Shown here: one piece after another, positions 20,594 through 29,823 of the stretch
Numbering within the stretch: the first letter of the stretch is position 1
How the letters are laid out: the number at the start of each line of letters is the position of its first letter
DNA from: Candidatus Daviesbacteria bacterium
Lineage (GTDB): Bacteria; Patescibacteriota; Microgenomatia; Daviesbacterales; UBA10151
Direction of reading: 5' to 3'
DNA: 64,000 nucleotides
Assembly: GCA_030699125.1 (NCBI GenBank)
Contig: JAUYKM010000016.1
Location: 12,845 to 76,844 of the forward strand
The notes under the pieces: model-generated
What the model was told of the DNA's origin: nothing
The model's database searches: none
What the model saw: only the letters and a program-made list of their open reading frames with translations
Program-made: the position numbers and the translations under genes

Positions 20594-21955
20594 TCATATC
20601 CTTTTAACCCTTGGGCCCTCTGGAGTATCTTCAATATCGTATCCTAACTTTTTAATCTTATGTCTTAGTTTATCCGATTTTTTAAAATCTCCTGATTTTC
20701 TAATGGATTCGCGTTCTGTTACTAGTCTACTTACATTTGCCGGCACCTCAATCGGTTTGCCTAAATATTTATCCAACCCAAGTCCCAAAACTTTATCCAT
20801 TTTCAAAAGCGTTTGATACTTACTAGTTGTTGGGGTATTTGAGCGGACCATTTCCCAGACAACCGCAACAGCTTGCGGTATATTAAGGTCATTATTAGCA
20901 ACATCAAGAAACCTCTGCCAGAATTGATCTGTACTACCTTTAGGTTGTTCTGATAGTCCAATCTCTTCATTCCATCCCCTAATTTCTTCTCTTAAATTAT
21001 TTAAAGCATTCTGAGCAGCTTGCAAAGACGCCCAGGTAAAATTTAATCTTTCTCTGTAATGGGCAGTTAAACAAAGGTATCTAAATGCCAATGGATCAAA
21101 GTTCCTCTCTTCTAGATCTTTCAATTTATAAAAATTGCCTGCTGATTTTGCCATTTTTTGTCCGCCAACCAAAAGATGTTCTCCTTCCATAAAGAAATTG
21201 ACGAATTTTTTTCCTGTTTTTCCCTCTGATTGGGCAATCTCATTTTCGTGGTGAGGAAATATTAAATCCACCGCCCCTGCATGAATATCAAAAGTATCTC
21301 CCAAATACTGCTGGCTCATTACAGAACACTCAATATGCCAACCAGGTCTACCTCTTCCCCATGGAGAATTATATCCCACTTCATCTGCCTGAACTGATTT
21401 CCATAAAGCAAAATCCTGCGCATCATCTTTGCTATACTCATCAGATAGGATTCTTGTTCCGCTTTTTAGCTCCCTTTTATCCAGTCCAGATAGTTTTCCA
21501 TACTCAGGAAATTTAGAAATATCAAAGTAAACCGAGCCATCTTTTTCTACATAAGAGAGTTTTTTCCTTATAAGTTCCTCAATATATTTGATCATATGAT
21601 CAACATATTCTGTGGCTTTGGGGAAAATATTAGCATATTTAATATTCAGCTTGGCAAGATCCATCATAAAAGCACGTTCAAAAGGAGCGGAAAATTCACT
21701 AATCCCTATACCTTTTTCCTTTGCTCCTTTTATTATTTTGTCATCAATATCAGTTATATTCATTACCCTTTTTATCTCATATCCACTAATTTCTAGGACC
21801 CGCTGCAAAATATCTTCAAAAATAAAAGTTCTCAAATTCCCAATATGTACAAAGTCATAAGTAGTTGGTCCGCAAGTATACATGCCAACATGAGGTGGAT
21901 TTATGGAAGTAAAATTTTCTACTTTTTTGGATAAGGTGTTATAAAATTTGAGCAT
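20594..21955 (-). CDS. cysS: Cysteinyl-tRNA synthetase
   Basis: 453 aa; MYTCGPTTYDFVHIGNLRT (HIGH-like), KMAKSAGN (KMSKS). Confidence 0.92.
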   Translation of the reverse strand: MLKFYNTLSKKVENFTSINPPHVGMYTCGPTTYDFVHIGNLRTFIFEDILQRVLEISGYEIKRVMNITDIDDKIIKGAKEKGIGISEFSAPFERAFMMDLAKLNIKYANIFPKATEYVDHMIKYIEELIRKKLSYVEKDGSVYFDISKFPEYGKLSGLDKRELKSGTRILSDEYSKDDAQDFALWKSVQADEVGYNSPWGRGRPGWHIECSVMSQQYLGDTFDIHAGAVDLIFPHHENEIAQSEGKTGKKFVNFFMEGEHLLVGGQKMAKSAGNFYKLKDLEERNFDPLAFRYLCLTAHYRERLNFTWASLQAAQNALNNLREEIRGWNEEIGLSEQPKGSTDQFWQRFLDVANNDLNIPQAVAVVWEMVRSNTPTTSKYQTLLKMDKVLGLGLDKYLGKPIEVPANVSRLVTERESIRKSGDFKKSDKLRHKIKKLGYDIEDTPEGPRVKRI

Positions 21956-21969
21956 GAGGATTATTTATA

Positions 21970-22395
21970 TTAGGCAGCCATTTTACTTTTATTTTCAATA
22001 CTAGATGTAGGAGTAGGTGCTAACACAGTTTGCTTTTTCTGTTTTTGTTCAAAAAACTTAAATCTCCCATCCTGTTTTTTATTTTCTGTTTGTTGCAGTC
22101 TTTGTTCCTCTTTTTGTTTCATTTCTTGCCTGACTTTAAGTTGTTCTTCTTGTGTCTTTTTCCAAAAGGCAATTTTTCTTCTGGCTTCTGCTAATTTTTT
22201 CTGATCTTCCAGTTGTTTTTGTTTACCCTGAGTGGAGTCGAAGGGCTGCAGTTGTTGAGCAGTTGGGGTACCGGCTGCAGATTGAGCTGCCTGTTCCAGA
22301 GAACGTCCTACTTCATCTTTTAAATCCTGAGCCACTTCTCCCACTGTCTGGCCCATCTCATCTGTAAATTGCTTAACTCCTCCTGAATCAGCCAT
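21970..22395 (-). CDS. Hypothetical K/E/Q-rich coiled-coil protein
   Basis: 141 aa low-complexity ORF with no family motif. Confidence 0.35.
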   Translation of the reverse strand: MADSGGVKQFTDEMGQTVGEVAQDLKDEVGRSLEQAAQSAAGTPTAQQLQPFDSTQGKQKQLEDQKKLAEARRKIAFWKKTQEEQLKVRQEMKQKEEQRLQQTENKKQDGRFKFFEQKQKKQTVLAPTPTSSIENKSKMAA

Positions 22396-22413
22396 GATTA
22401 AATCATAACATAT

Positions 22414-23010
22414 CTAATATTCTTTTCTGCCCTCCAATGCTCTGGATAATGTTGTTTCATCTGCATACTCTAAATCAGCCCCAACAGGCAAACCTCTGGC
22501 AATTCTGGTTATTTTTATCCCTAGAGAAGAAAGCAATCTTTGAATATACATGGCTGTGGCTTCTCCCTCCATGGTTGGGTTGGTAGCTAGAATTATTTCT
22601 TTAACTGATCCCTCTTTTAGTCGCGGCAGAAGTTCTCTTATATGAAGCTCATCTGGCCCGATATTATCCATTGGTGATATGACTCCATGCAAAACATGAT
22701 ATAGTCCTTTAAAATTGGCTTTCTCCAGAGCAATTACATCTAGAGGATTCTCCACCACCATAATTATAGTTTTATCGCGGGAGTCATCTGAACAAATATT
22801 ACATGGATCTTCTTCTCCAATATTAAAACAAATAGAGCAGATTTTGGTTTTATCTTTCATCTCTAAAGCTGCTTCTGCTAATGCTTTTGATTCCTCTTTT
22901 GGGGCATGCAGAAGATAATAAGTTAATCTTTCCGCAGTTTTGGGACCAATCCCAGGTAATCTTTCAAATGCCTCTATTAAATTTTGTATTGGTTTTGGAA
23001 TAGTTGCCAT
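22414..23010 (-). CDS. recR: Recombination protein RecR
   Basis: 198 aa; LPGIGPKTAERL HhH, C4 zinc finger CxxC...CxxC, Toprim region. Confidence 0.9.
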   Translation of the reverse strand: MATIPKPIQNLIEAFERLPGIGPKTAERLTYYLLHAPKEESKALAEAALEMKDKTKICSICFNIGEEDPCNICSDDSRDKTIIMVVENPLDVIALEKANFKGLYHVLHGVISPMDNIGPDELHIRELLPRLKEGSVKEIILATNPTMEGEATAMYIQRLLSSLGIKITRIARGLPVGADLEYADETTLSRALEGRKEY

Positions 23011-23040
23011 TTCGAAGCTAATTGTAGCACACCAGCGCAG

Positions 23041-23319
23041 TTATGCTCCAGGAAGTCCCATTCCACCCATTAAAGGTCTCATTTCCTCAGCTGCTACTTT
23101 TTGAGACTGCTTAAGCGATTCATTAACAGCTTCTGTTACCTTTTGCGGATCCATATCACCGGAAATAGATACGACTTTTTGATCAGCTGTCATCACCACT
23201 GTTACTCCTTTATGTTCCACTGTGATCTTTATCCCGGCAAGTTTTTTTTGTACTTCCATAGCCTGATCTCTCATTTTTTTAAGATCACCAAGCTGTTTTA
23301 AATTATCCATTAAACCCAT
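23041..23319 (-). CDS. ybaB: Nucleoid-associated protein YbaB/EbfC
   Basis: 92 aa; typical YbaB length and MxxLxKQAQ...MxGMxLPG termini. Confidence 0.85.
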   Translation of the reverse strand: MGLMDNLKQLGDLKKMRDQAMEVQKKLAGIKITVEHKGVTVVMTADQKVVSISGDMDPQKVTEAVNESLKQSQKVAAEEMRPLMGGMGLPGA

Positions 23320-23339
23320 ATGTGGATTATATCTTATTT

Positions 23340-23423
23340 GTCATTCCCGCGAAAGCGGGAATCTATATTTTATGGATCCCGCATCAAGTGCGGGATGACA
23401 GAGATCGTTGAGACGCCTCTGTC
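23340..23423. repeat. Cluster of three GC-rich hairpin repeats (GTCATTCCCGCGAAAGCGGGAATC; GGATCCCGCATCAAGTGCGGGATGAC; GACAGAG-N13-CTCTGTC) between ybaB and folD, overlapping the folD 3' end
   Basis: Perfect stems read directly. The last two units encode the folD C-terminal tail ...VTEASQRSLSSRT and span its stop codon (23384-23386). Confidence 0.75.
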
Positions 23424-24232
23424 ACATTTCTCAAAAGACATGCAATTGTTAAGGGACCAATTCCCCCAATAGTTGGACAATATAATTTGGCTTTTTGGGA
23501 AACTTCCTCTTCATTAATATCCCCATAAATTCTGGGCTGCTCATCTATTATCTCTTTCCCAACTCCAACTCCTATAACATATGCCCCATTTTTTATGTTA
23601 GATCCATTAATAATGTTTTTCTTTCCAGTTGCAGAGATAACAACACCAGCATTCTTGATAATTTTATTAGGATTTTCTGTCTTTGAATCTATCACAGTTA
23701 TACTGATTCCCTTATCTTTTAATAAATTTATTGTCGGCCCTCCTGCAGTTTTTCCTTTTCCCAAGATGACCACTTTTTTCCCTTTTAAAAAGTCTTTAGC
23801 GTTTTTAAAACTTTCATGTACTGCAAATGCTCCAATCATTTCCCACACCGCCAAGGCAGTTGCTCCTTTAAATGGTGAGTTTCCCAAAAATCCATCTACA
23901 TCTTTAGAGATAGTCACTTTTGATGAAATCTCATCAAAATCCCAGCCCTGATAGAGCGGATATTGGACAATGATTCCGTAAACTGATGCATCTCTATTTA
24001 AATTACTAACAGTTTCTAGGCATTTTTTTTCTTGATTAGAAGAAAATTCATAAAGTTTTGCCTTGATACCAATTTTTTCAGCAGTTTTTATTTTATTGTT
24101 CACATAAACTCTCGAGGATGGATTATCACCTGCCAAAATTATGGCTAAAGAGGGTTTTAAATTTTTCTTTTCTATTTCCTCTTTAAGTTTATTTAGTATG
24201 TTATCAGCAACTTCTCTTCCGGAAACTTTCAT
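23384..24232 (-). CDS. folD: Methylene-THF dehydrogenase / methenyl-THF cyclohydrolase
   Basis: 282 aa; KDVDGF motif, Rossmann GxGxxxG. C-terminal ~13 aa encoded by palindromic repeats. Confidence 0.88.
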   Translation of the reverse strand: MKVSGREVADNILNKLKEEIEKKNLKPSLAIILAGDNPSSRVYVNNKIKTAEKIGIKAKLYEFSSNQEKKCLETVSNLNRDASVYGIIVQYPLYQGWDFDEISSKVTISKDVDGFLGNSPFKGATALAVWEMIGAFAVHESFKNAKDFLKGKKVVILGKGKTAGGPTINLLKDKGISITVIDSKTENPNKIIKNAGVVISATGKKNIINGSNIKNGAYVIGVGVGKEIIDEQPRIYGDINEEEVSQKAKLYCPTIGGIGPLTIACLLRNVTEASQRSLSSRT

Positions 24233-24256
24233 GAAGAATACTATATCATAAAGAAA

Positions 24257-25555
24257 CTAATCAATCCCAGGCACTGGAAATCTTCCAGCAAATTTTTCTA
24301 CTTCTCTTCTGATTTGTATTAAATTTTTATTCTGATGTAATTTAATTTTGGCCATTTTTAGAAAATCTTTTCTTTTATCTTGCTCTTTAGGTAAATCCAA
24401 TCCTATTATTTCTTCTAGTGCTCTTTTAATCCAGCTTGCCACCTTAATCATATCCTTTTCATCCATCCCACGGGTAGTAAGAGCTGGTGTTCCCAATCTT
24501 ATTCCCGAGGGATAAAAAGCTGATGCTGGCTCACCAGGAATGGTATTTCTATTAACAGTAATCCCTACCTCCTCTAGGGCATATTGAGCTTGATAACCCA
24601 TTCCATACCCATACCTTATCAAGGATAGAAGTATCAGATGAGTTTCAGAAATTGTTCCTAACTCCTTTGCTAAAAAAGAAGCATTCTTAGCAACTTGCTG
24701 AGCATATTTTTTAAATGAAGGCTTCAATGCTTCTTCTAAACAAACAGCAATAGCTGCTGTTTGATGATTATGTGGTCCACCTTGAGCACCAGGAATAATG
24801 GCTTTTTCTATTTTAGATTTTATGTCCGGATCTTTTTTTAAACCTCTCTCAGTTACCAAAATCATTGCTCCCCTTGGTCCCCTCAAAGTTTTGTGAGTGG
24901 TAGTCATAATAATATCCACATATGGGACAGGTGATTCATGCACTCCTGCTATTATTAGACCAGTTATATGAGAGCAATCCGCAACTAAAGTTGCCTCAAC
25001 TTCATCGGCAATTTTTCTAAATCTTCTGTAATCTAGTTTATATGGGTAAGCTGTTGTCCCTGCCCAGATTAATTTTGGCTTATGAATTTTTGCAAGTTTT
25101 TCCAATTCTTCAAAATCTATTTTCCAATCTTTACCAACATTATAATTAACAGCTTTATAAAAAATTGAAGAAAAACTCAAGTTGGCTCCATGAGTGAGAT
25201 GTCCACCAGATGCTATAGATAATCCCATCACTACATCCCCAGGATTACAAACGGCCATGGTAATAATTAAATTAGCAGGTGACCCTGAATATGGTTGGAC
25301 TAGAGCAACAGGTACCTTGAATAATTTTTTTGCCAAGTCAGAAGCATAATTTTCAATCTTATCTATTACTTCATTACCACCGTAATACCTTCTACCAGGA
25401 AAACCTTCTGAATATTTATTGGTGAGGATTGATCCTAAGGCTTTTAAAACATCTTCCGAGACATAATTTTCCGAAGGAATCATCTCCAGCCCATATTTTT
25501 GTCTGTGAGCCTCTTCTGCAATTAATGGAAAAACCTGTGATGCCATAGAAATCAC
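24257..25555 (-). CDS. glyA: Serine hydroxymethyltransferase
   Basis: 432 aa; PLP-lysine motif TTTHKTLRGPRG. Confidence 0.92.
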   Translation of the reverse strand: MISMASQVFPLIAEEAHRQKYGLEMIPSENYVSEDVLKALGSILTNKYSEGFPGRRYYGGNEVIDKIENYASDLAKKLFKVPVALVQPYSGSPANLIITMAVCNPGDVVMGLSIASGGHLTHGANLSFSSIFYKAVNYNVGKDWKIDFEELEKLAKIHKPKLIWAGTTAYPYKLDYRRFRKIADEVEATLVADCSHITGLIIAGVHESPVPYVDIIMTTTHKTLRGPRGAMILVTERGLKKDPDIKSKIEKAIIPGAQGGPHNHQTAAIAVCLEEALKPSFKKYAQQVAKNASFLAKELGTISETHLILLSLIRYGYGMGYQAQYALEEVGITVNRNTIPGEPASAFYPSGIRLGTPALTTRGMDEKDMIKVASWIKRALEEIIGLDLPKEQDKRKDFLKMAKIKLHQNKNLIQIRREVEKFAGRFPVPGID

Positions 25556-25595
25556 ATGCTACATGGAAAAAGACACAGGTGTCAAGGTACATCAA

Positions 25596-25622
25596 GGTAC
25601 AATCAGTTCACATGATTGTACC
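25596..25622 (-). terminator. Hairpin (GGTACAATC-N9-GATTGTACC) downstream of dnaX stop / upstream of glyA start
   Basis: Perfect 9-bp stem. A T-run on the minus strand appears only ~25 nt later, so function (terminator vs. regulatory) is uncertain. Confidence 0.3.
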
Positions 25623-25631
25623 AAGAAGATA

Positions 25632-27248
25632 TTAATTTACAGTATCAGAGTTAAAAATTTCTGCTGCGGCGCGGATAATTTCATCATCCGCTGCTATCTC
25701 AATATTGGCTACATCCTCACTTCTTGCCGGCCTACTTCCCAAAATAACAGATACTTTAATTGATCTTCCTAAAATATCAGACAAAATTGATTCTAAAAGA
25801 TCTCGATTTTTGGGAGCCTCCATTATTCTCTGATGAAATGAATATGGCACCTCAATTATAACTTGAGAATCCGTACAATCGGAAATACTGATAGATCTAA
25901 GGAGAGCTTCCAATGAAAAATTATAAGGCCTGATAGTTTCCAAAACAAAAGTCCATTTTTCTTTAAGTTTTAATATATCAGGGGAATCAGAATTTGACGG
26001 TGGATGATGGATAGTGGGAGATGGTTCTTTGATGATAGAAGGTTGAGAATGGATTTGCTCTTCTTCTATTTTCGATTCTCTATCTTCTACCACTACCTTC
26101 AACTCTCTAAGATCGTTAGATTGCAGGCTTTGCTTATTTTCTACTGTCTCAATTGACTCTGGACTACAGATCTCCACAACTGCCAATTCTAGCGGTAAGG
26201 AAGGAATGGAGGTGAATTTTGATTTCTCATAAGCCTTCTGTAGAATATCTAGAATTTTTATTAGCGTTTGGTTGGAAAAATTGGCCGATAATTCAACCAA
26301 ACTCTGATAGTTCTCATTGCTTAAGTGTGGCTCAACTAGTAGAGCTCCCAGACCGTTTTTAATCAAGACCAAATATCTTAAGTTTTCCATCAGTAGTAGA
26401 TTCAACTGTTTAAAATCAACACCCTTTTGGGCAAAATTTGACAGAATTGTTAACCCTGCCGTAGTATCTTTTTGTAATAGACAGTTTATCAATTTAAAAA
26501 TCTCACCAAAGCCACTTTCCTGGAAAATATTTTCTATTACTTCTTTGGTAATTTTTTTATCAAGACTGGCTATCTGATCTAATAGCTTAACCCCGTCTCT
26601 AAAACTACCTTCGGCCTTTTTTACCAGAGATTTTATGGCATCTTCTTCTATATCTATTTTTTCCTGCTTGATAATTTTTGATAAAGTCTCTTCTAATTCC
26701 TGGGGCGAGGCCAATTTAAAATCCAGTCTCTGAACTCGCGATAAAATAGTTTTTGGCATTTTGGAAACATCAGTGGTGGCCAAAATAAATAAAGCGTGAG
26801 AGGGAGGTTCTTCCAAAGTTTTCAGTAGAGCATTAAAAGCTTCGGTGGTCAGCATATGTACTTCATCAATAATGTAGACCTTTTTTTTACTACTGGTGGG
26901 AGAAAGCTTAATTTTCTCCCTCAAAGATCTAATGTCTTCAATCCCTCTATTGGAAGCGGCATCTATCTCAATAAGATCTAAGTTACTTCCATCAGTTATA
27001 GATAAACATGTTGTACACCTATTACAAGGAGAGTCCTTTTCTTCACAATTGACCATTTTGGCCAGAATTCTGGCAGTTGAAGTTTTACCAGTTCCCCGAG
27101 GCCCCACGAAGAGATAAGCGTGAGATAATTTATTGGCAGAGTAAGCAGATTGCAGAGTTTTTTTAACAGATTCTTGTCCAACTAGATCTTTAAGTGTCTG
27201 TGGACGATATTTCAAATAGAAAACCCCCATTAAACTTTGTTCTGCCAT
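25632..27248 (-). CDS. dnaX: DNA polymerase III subunit gamma/tau
   Basis: 538 aa; FVGPRGTGKTSTARILAK Walker A, zinc module CEEKDSPCNRCTTC, DEVHML. Confidence 0.92.
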   Translation of the reverse strand: MAEQSLMGVFYLKYRPQTLKDLVGQESVKKTLQSAYSANKLSHAYLFVGPRGTGKTSTARILAKMVNCEEKDSPCNRCTTCLSITDGSNLDLIEIDAASNRGIEDIRSLREKIKLSPTSSKKKVYIIDEVHMLTTEAFNALLKTLEEPPSHALFILATTDVSKMPKTILSRVQRLDFKLASPQELEETLSKIIKQEKIDIEEDAIKSLVKKAEGSFRDGVKLLDQIASLDKKITKEVIENIFQESGFGEIFKLINCLLQKDTTAGLTILSNFAQKGVDFKQLNLLLMENLRYLVLIKNGLGALLVEPHLSNENYQSLVELSANFSNQTLIKILDILQKAYEKSKFTSIPSLPLELAVVEICSPESIETVENKQSLQSNDLRELKVVVEDRESKIEEEQIHSQPSIIKEPSPTIHHPPSNSDSPDILKLKEKWTFVLETIRPYNFSLEALLRSISISDCTDSQVIIEVPYSFHQRIMEAPKNRDLLESILSDILGRSIKVSVILGSRPARSEDVANIEIAADDEIIRAAAEIFNSDTVN

Positions 27249-27271
27249 AATAAAAATTGCAAAGATAAATT

Positions 27272-27688
27272 TTAAGAACTATGATGAACTCCCAAAAGGT
27301 GATTTACCCCGTGTTCCACAAGATTACGGATCTCTTCATCAACTGATATTCCATCAAGTCCGGCATCTTCAATTGCCTGTGGATAGGAGATGAGGATATC
27401 GCCCAACCGCAACCATGAATCCGGAGCTGCCACAAATCCCACCCTGGGAATATGTTGCAGATTGCTGGGAGTTGATTCCTCCAGGGCAAAAGATAGAATA
27501 TCTGTAGTAGAATCAATACCCCTATATCTCTTATTGAGTTCGTGCATTTTCCGATCGCCTACAATATTGACTCCCAGTTCTATTTTTCCCAAAATATGAT
27601 GTCTTTGTAAAGCAGTTAAAACTGCAGCCCTTATGGCTGCTTTGTTGATTCTATATCTTGGGTCAGATGAAACAATTATATTAATCAT
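27272..27688 (-). CDS. ybeY: Endoribonuclease YbeY
   Basis: 138 aa; HGVNHLLGVHH (H3xH5xH) metal motif. Confidence 0.85.
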   Translation of the reverse strand: MINIIVSSDPRYRINKAAIRAAVLTALQRHHILGKIELGVNIVGDRKMHELNKRYRGIDSTTDILSFALEESTPSNLQHIPRVGFVAAPDSWLRLGDILISYPQAIEDAGLDGISVDEEIRNLVEHGVNHLLGVHHSS

Positions 27689-28152
27689 AAATTTTCAATT
27701 TTTAATTTCTCCTTAACGATACTACTTACAATATTCCCATCAACCCGGCCCGCCACTTTACTCATTACCTTCCCTATCACACTCCCCATTTCAGATACAC
27801 TTTTGGCTCCTAATTCATTTATAGTATCTTCTACCACTTTAGTCAATTCCTCAATTTCAAGCTGAGCAGGCAAATAGAAACTAAGTATCTGAGCCTCAGC
27901 TTCTTCCTTTAGAGCCTGATCTTCCCGGTTTCCCTGTCTAAAACCTACTGAGGCTTCTTTTCTTTTCTTAACCTCTTTTTGCATTACACTGACTATTTCC
28001 TCATCCGAGAGCGCCTCACCTTTTACAATCTGCGCATTTTTTATTTCTGATAGAAGCAGTCTTAGAGTGGAGACTTTCACTCCATCGCGAGCCAGTTGAG
28101 CTTGCTTTAAATCTGAATTTAGCTGATCAATCAACATATTCTCAATTGCCAA
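27685..28152 (-). CDS. GatB/YqeY-domain protein
   Basis: 155 aa; typical YqeY length and helical repeat pattern. Confidence 0.7.
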   Translation of the reverse strand: MAIENMLIDQLNSDLKQAQLARDGVKVSTLRLLLSEIKNAQIVKGEALSDEEIVSVMQKEVKKRKEASVGFRQGNREDQALKEEAEAQILSFYLPAQLEIEELTKVVEDTINELGAKSVSEMGSVIGKVMSKVAGRVDGNIVSSIVKEKLKIENL

Positions 28153-28348
28153 ATCTTTTGGCTCTCATAATTTTTCGACGCTTTTCAGCCAGATACTCTT
28201 GCCTTAATTCTGAAGGCTTTCTATAAACAGATCTTTGTCTAATTTCCTGTACATGTCCCTCTTCAACAATCTTTTTCTGGAATTTTCTAATCAAGGAATC
28301 GGAACTATCTCCCGGTCCCGCCTTTACAATTATACTCAAATAAAACAC
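28142..28348 (-). CDS. rpsU: 30S ribosomal protein S21
   Basis: 68 aa; basic tail YRKPSE.RQ...RRK..RAKRFGN. Confidence 0.85.
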   Translation of the reverse strand: MFYLSIIVKAGPGDSSDSLIRKFQKKIVEEGHVQEIRQRSVYRKPSELRQEYLAEKRRKIMRAKRFGN

Positions 28349-28354
28349 CTCCTT

Positions 28355-28687
28355 TTAAACTATTTTCTTCCATTTTCCGCCTAAAAAGTGAAAATGTAAA
28401 TGGGGAATATGTTGTGCTTTACCCCCATTTACTACCACTCTATATAAATTTTCCTTTAAGTTGTTTTCTGAAACCAGTTTATTGACCACCTCATACACAT
28501 GGACCAATAAATCACGATCATCATTTCCAATTTCCTCCATCCCCTTAATATGTTTTTTTGGCACCATAAGAAGATGTATCTCTGCTGAAGGATTGATATC
28601 AGGAAAAACTACCAATGATTCGGTCTCCAGATTAAATTCTTTTGGAATCTCTTTGTTGATTATTTTGCAGAAAAGACAGTCATTCAT
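28355..28687 (-). CDS. HIT-family (Hint-like) protein
   Basis: 110 aa; histidine triad HIPHLHFHFLGG. Confidence 0.85.
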   Translation of the reverse strand: MNDCLFCKIINKEIPKEFNLETESLVVFPDINPSAEIHLLMVPKKHIKGMEEIGNDDRDLLVHVYEVVNKLVSENNLKENLYRVVVNGGKAQHIPHLHFHFLGGKWKKIV

Positions 28688-29823
28688 GACCCTCCCACCA
28701 TCTTTTTCAGAAGATCCAGGGTTCTGGTTTGCCTTAAAGCATGTCTTAACTGAAGCTTAGGCTCTTGAGCACTAAATTGTTGCTTGACTCTTTGGTCTTG
28801 AATTTTATCTATTTCAGCCTGCAATTCTTGATCTGTGATTGAGACATTCTCTTGTCTGGCAATTTCAGCCAAACCTAATTCCATCCTGACATTTTTTTCT
28901 GCTTGTGGCCGCCATTCCGATTTGATTTGTTCCAAAGTTTTTCCCTGGCCCTTTAGATAATCCTCAAGAAGTAGTCCCATATCTGCCACCCTTCTTTGCA
29001 AAGAAACCAGCATTCTATTTAGCTCATCCTGGATTAATACATCAGGAATTTCTACGGTGGTGATTTTTTCCACTTCCTGTAAAATGGCTTCTTCGAAGTC
29101 AAGTTCATTATTGTATGAAACATTTGATTCTAGATCTTTTCTGACCTTACCGAGTAGATCCATCAAGTTATTGGCCCCCATGGCTTTGGCAAAAGTATCA
29201 TCCGGTCCTTCTGTTTTACCGTTAGTAGGAGCAGCTTGTGTTTGTCCTCCTTGAAAATTTATTGATCCGGTTTGTGATTGCTGACCCGCTGATCCACCGA
29301 CTTGCTGACCTACTGAACTTGGCTGTCTGCTTTTCCACCTTTTAAAAAGATCATCAATTACTTTATTGACATCTTCATCTGTGACAGTTTTAGGAGTAGG
29401 TCTTGCGGCCTTAATTGTTTTGTAATTTCCCACGCTGACCTGTGGTCTGTTGGTGATCGCGGCCTTAAATTGTAATTGTTGCCCTTTGACAAAAGAGATT
29501 AGATCATATTTTGGGTAGTCAATTGGCACAATATCAGATCCTTGCAGAGCCTGAATTAAAAAATTGGGCATGGCCTGCTTTAAAACTTCATCCTGGAGTT
29601 TAGTTCCTAAATTTTGCTCCACCATCAGAGTGGGGGCTGCCCCTTTTCTAAATCCCGGCAGTTCCAGATCCTGGGCCATTTTCTGCAATGTCTGATCCCA
29701 CAGGGCTTGCATATCTGCCCATGGCACAGTTATAGTCACCTCAACCGAAGATTTAGGTAATTTGTTAATTGTTTTAGAAATCATGCTGGGAAGTATTGTA
29801 TTAGAAATGAGCCTTAAAATCAA
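28684..29823 (-). CDS. tig: Trigger factor, with Q/G-rich low-complexity segment in place of the PPIase region
   Basis: 379 aa; N-terminal ribosome-binding signature LPGFRKGAAP. Central ~60 aa SVGQQVGGSAGQQSQTGSINFQGGQTQAAPTNG is low complexity. Confidence 0.75.
   Translation of the reverse strand: MILRLISNTILPSMISKTINKLPKSSVEVTITVPWADMQALWDQTLQKMAQDLELPGFRKGAAPTLMVEQNLGTKLQDEVLKQAMPNFLIQALQGSDIVPIDYPKYDLISFVKGQQLQFKAAITNRPQVSVGNYKTIKAARPTPKTVTDEDVNKVIDDLFKRWKSRQPSSVGQQVGGSAGQQSQTGSINFQGGQTQAAPTNGKTEGPDDTFAKAMGANNLMDLLGKVRKDLESNVSYNNELDFEEAILQEVEKITTVEIPDVLIQDELNRMLVSLQRRVADMGLLLEDYLKGQGKTLEQIKSEWRPQAEKNVRMELGLAEIARQENVSITDQELQAEIDKIQDQRVKQQFSAQEPKLQLRHALRQTRTLDLLKKMVGGS

Noticed and set aside
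23340-23423. Possible CRISPR array
   Set aside because: The repeats are individually palindromic, differ from each other, and lack regular spacer periodicity. They are dispersed hairpin elements, not a CRISPR array. No cas genes in the window.
29200-29340. Q/G-rich segment of trigger factor as another palindromic-repeat insertion
   Set aside because: The nucleotide sequence is GC-richer than its flanks but shows no hairpin symmetry or similarity to the repeat family. Treated as protein low-complexity only.
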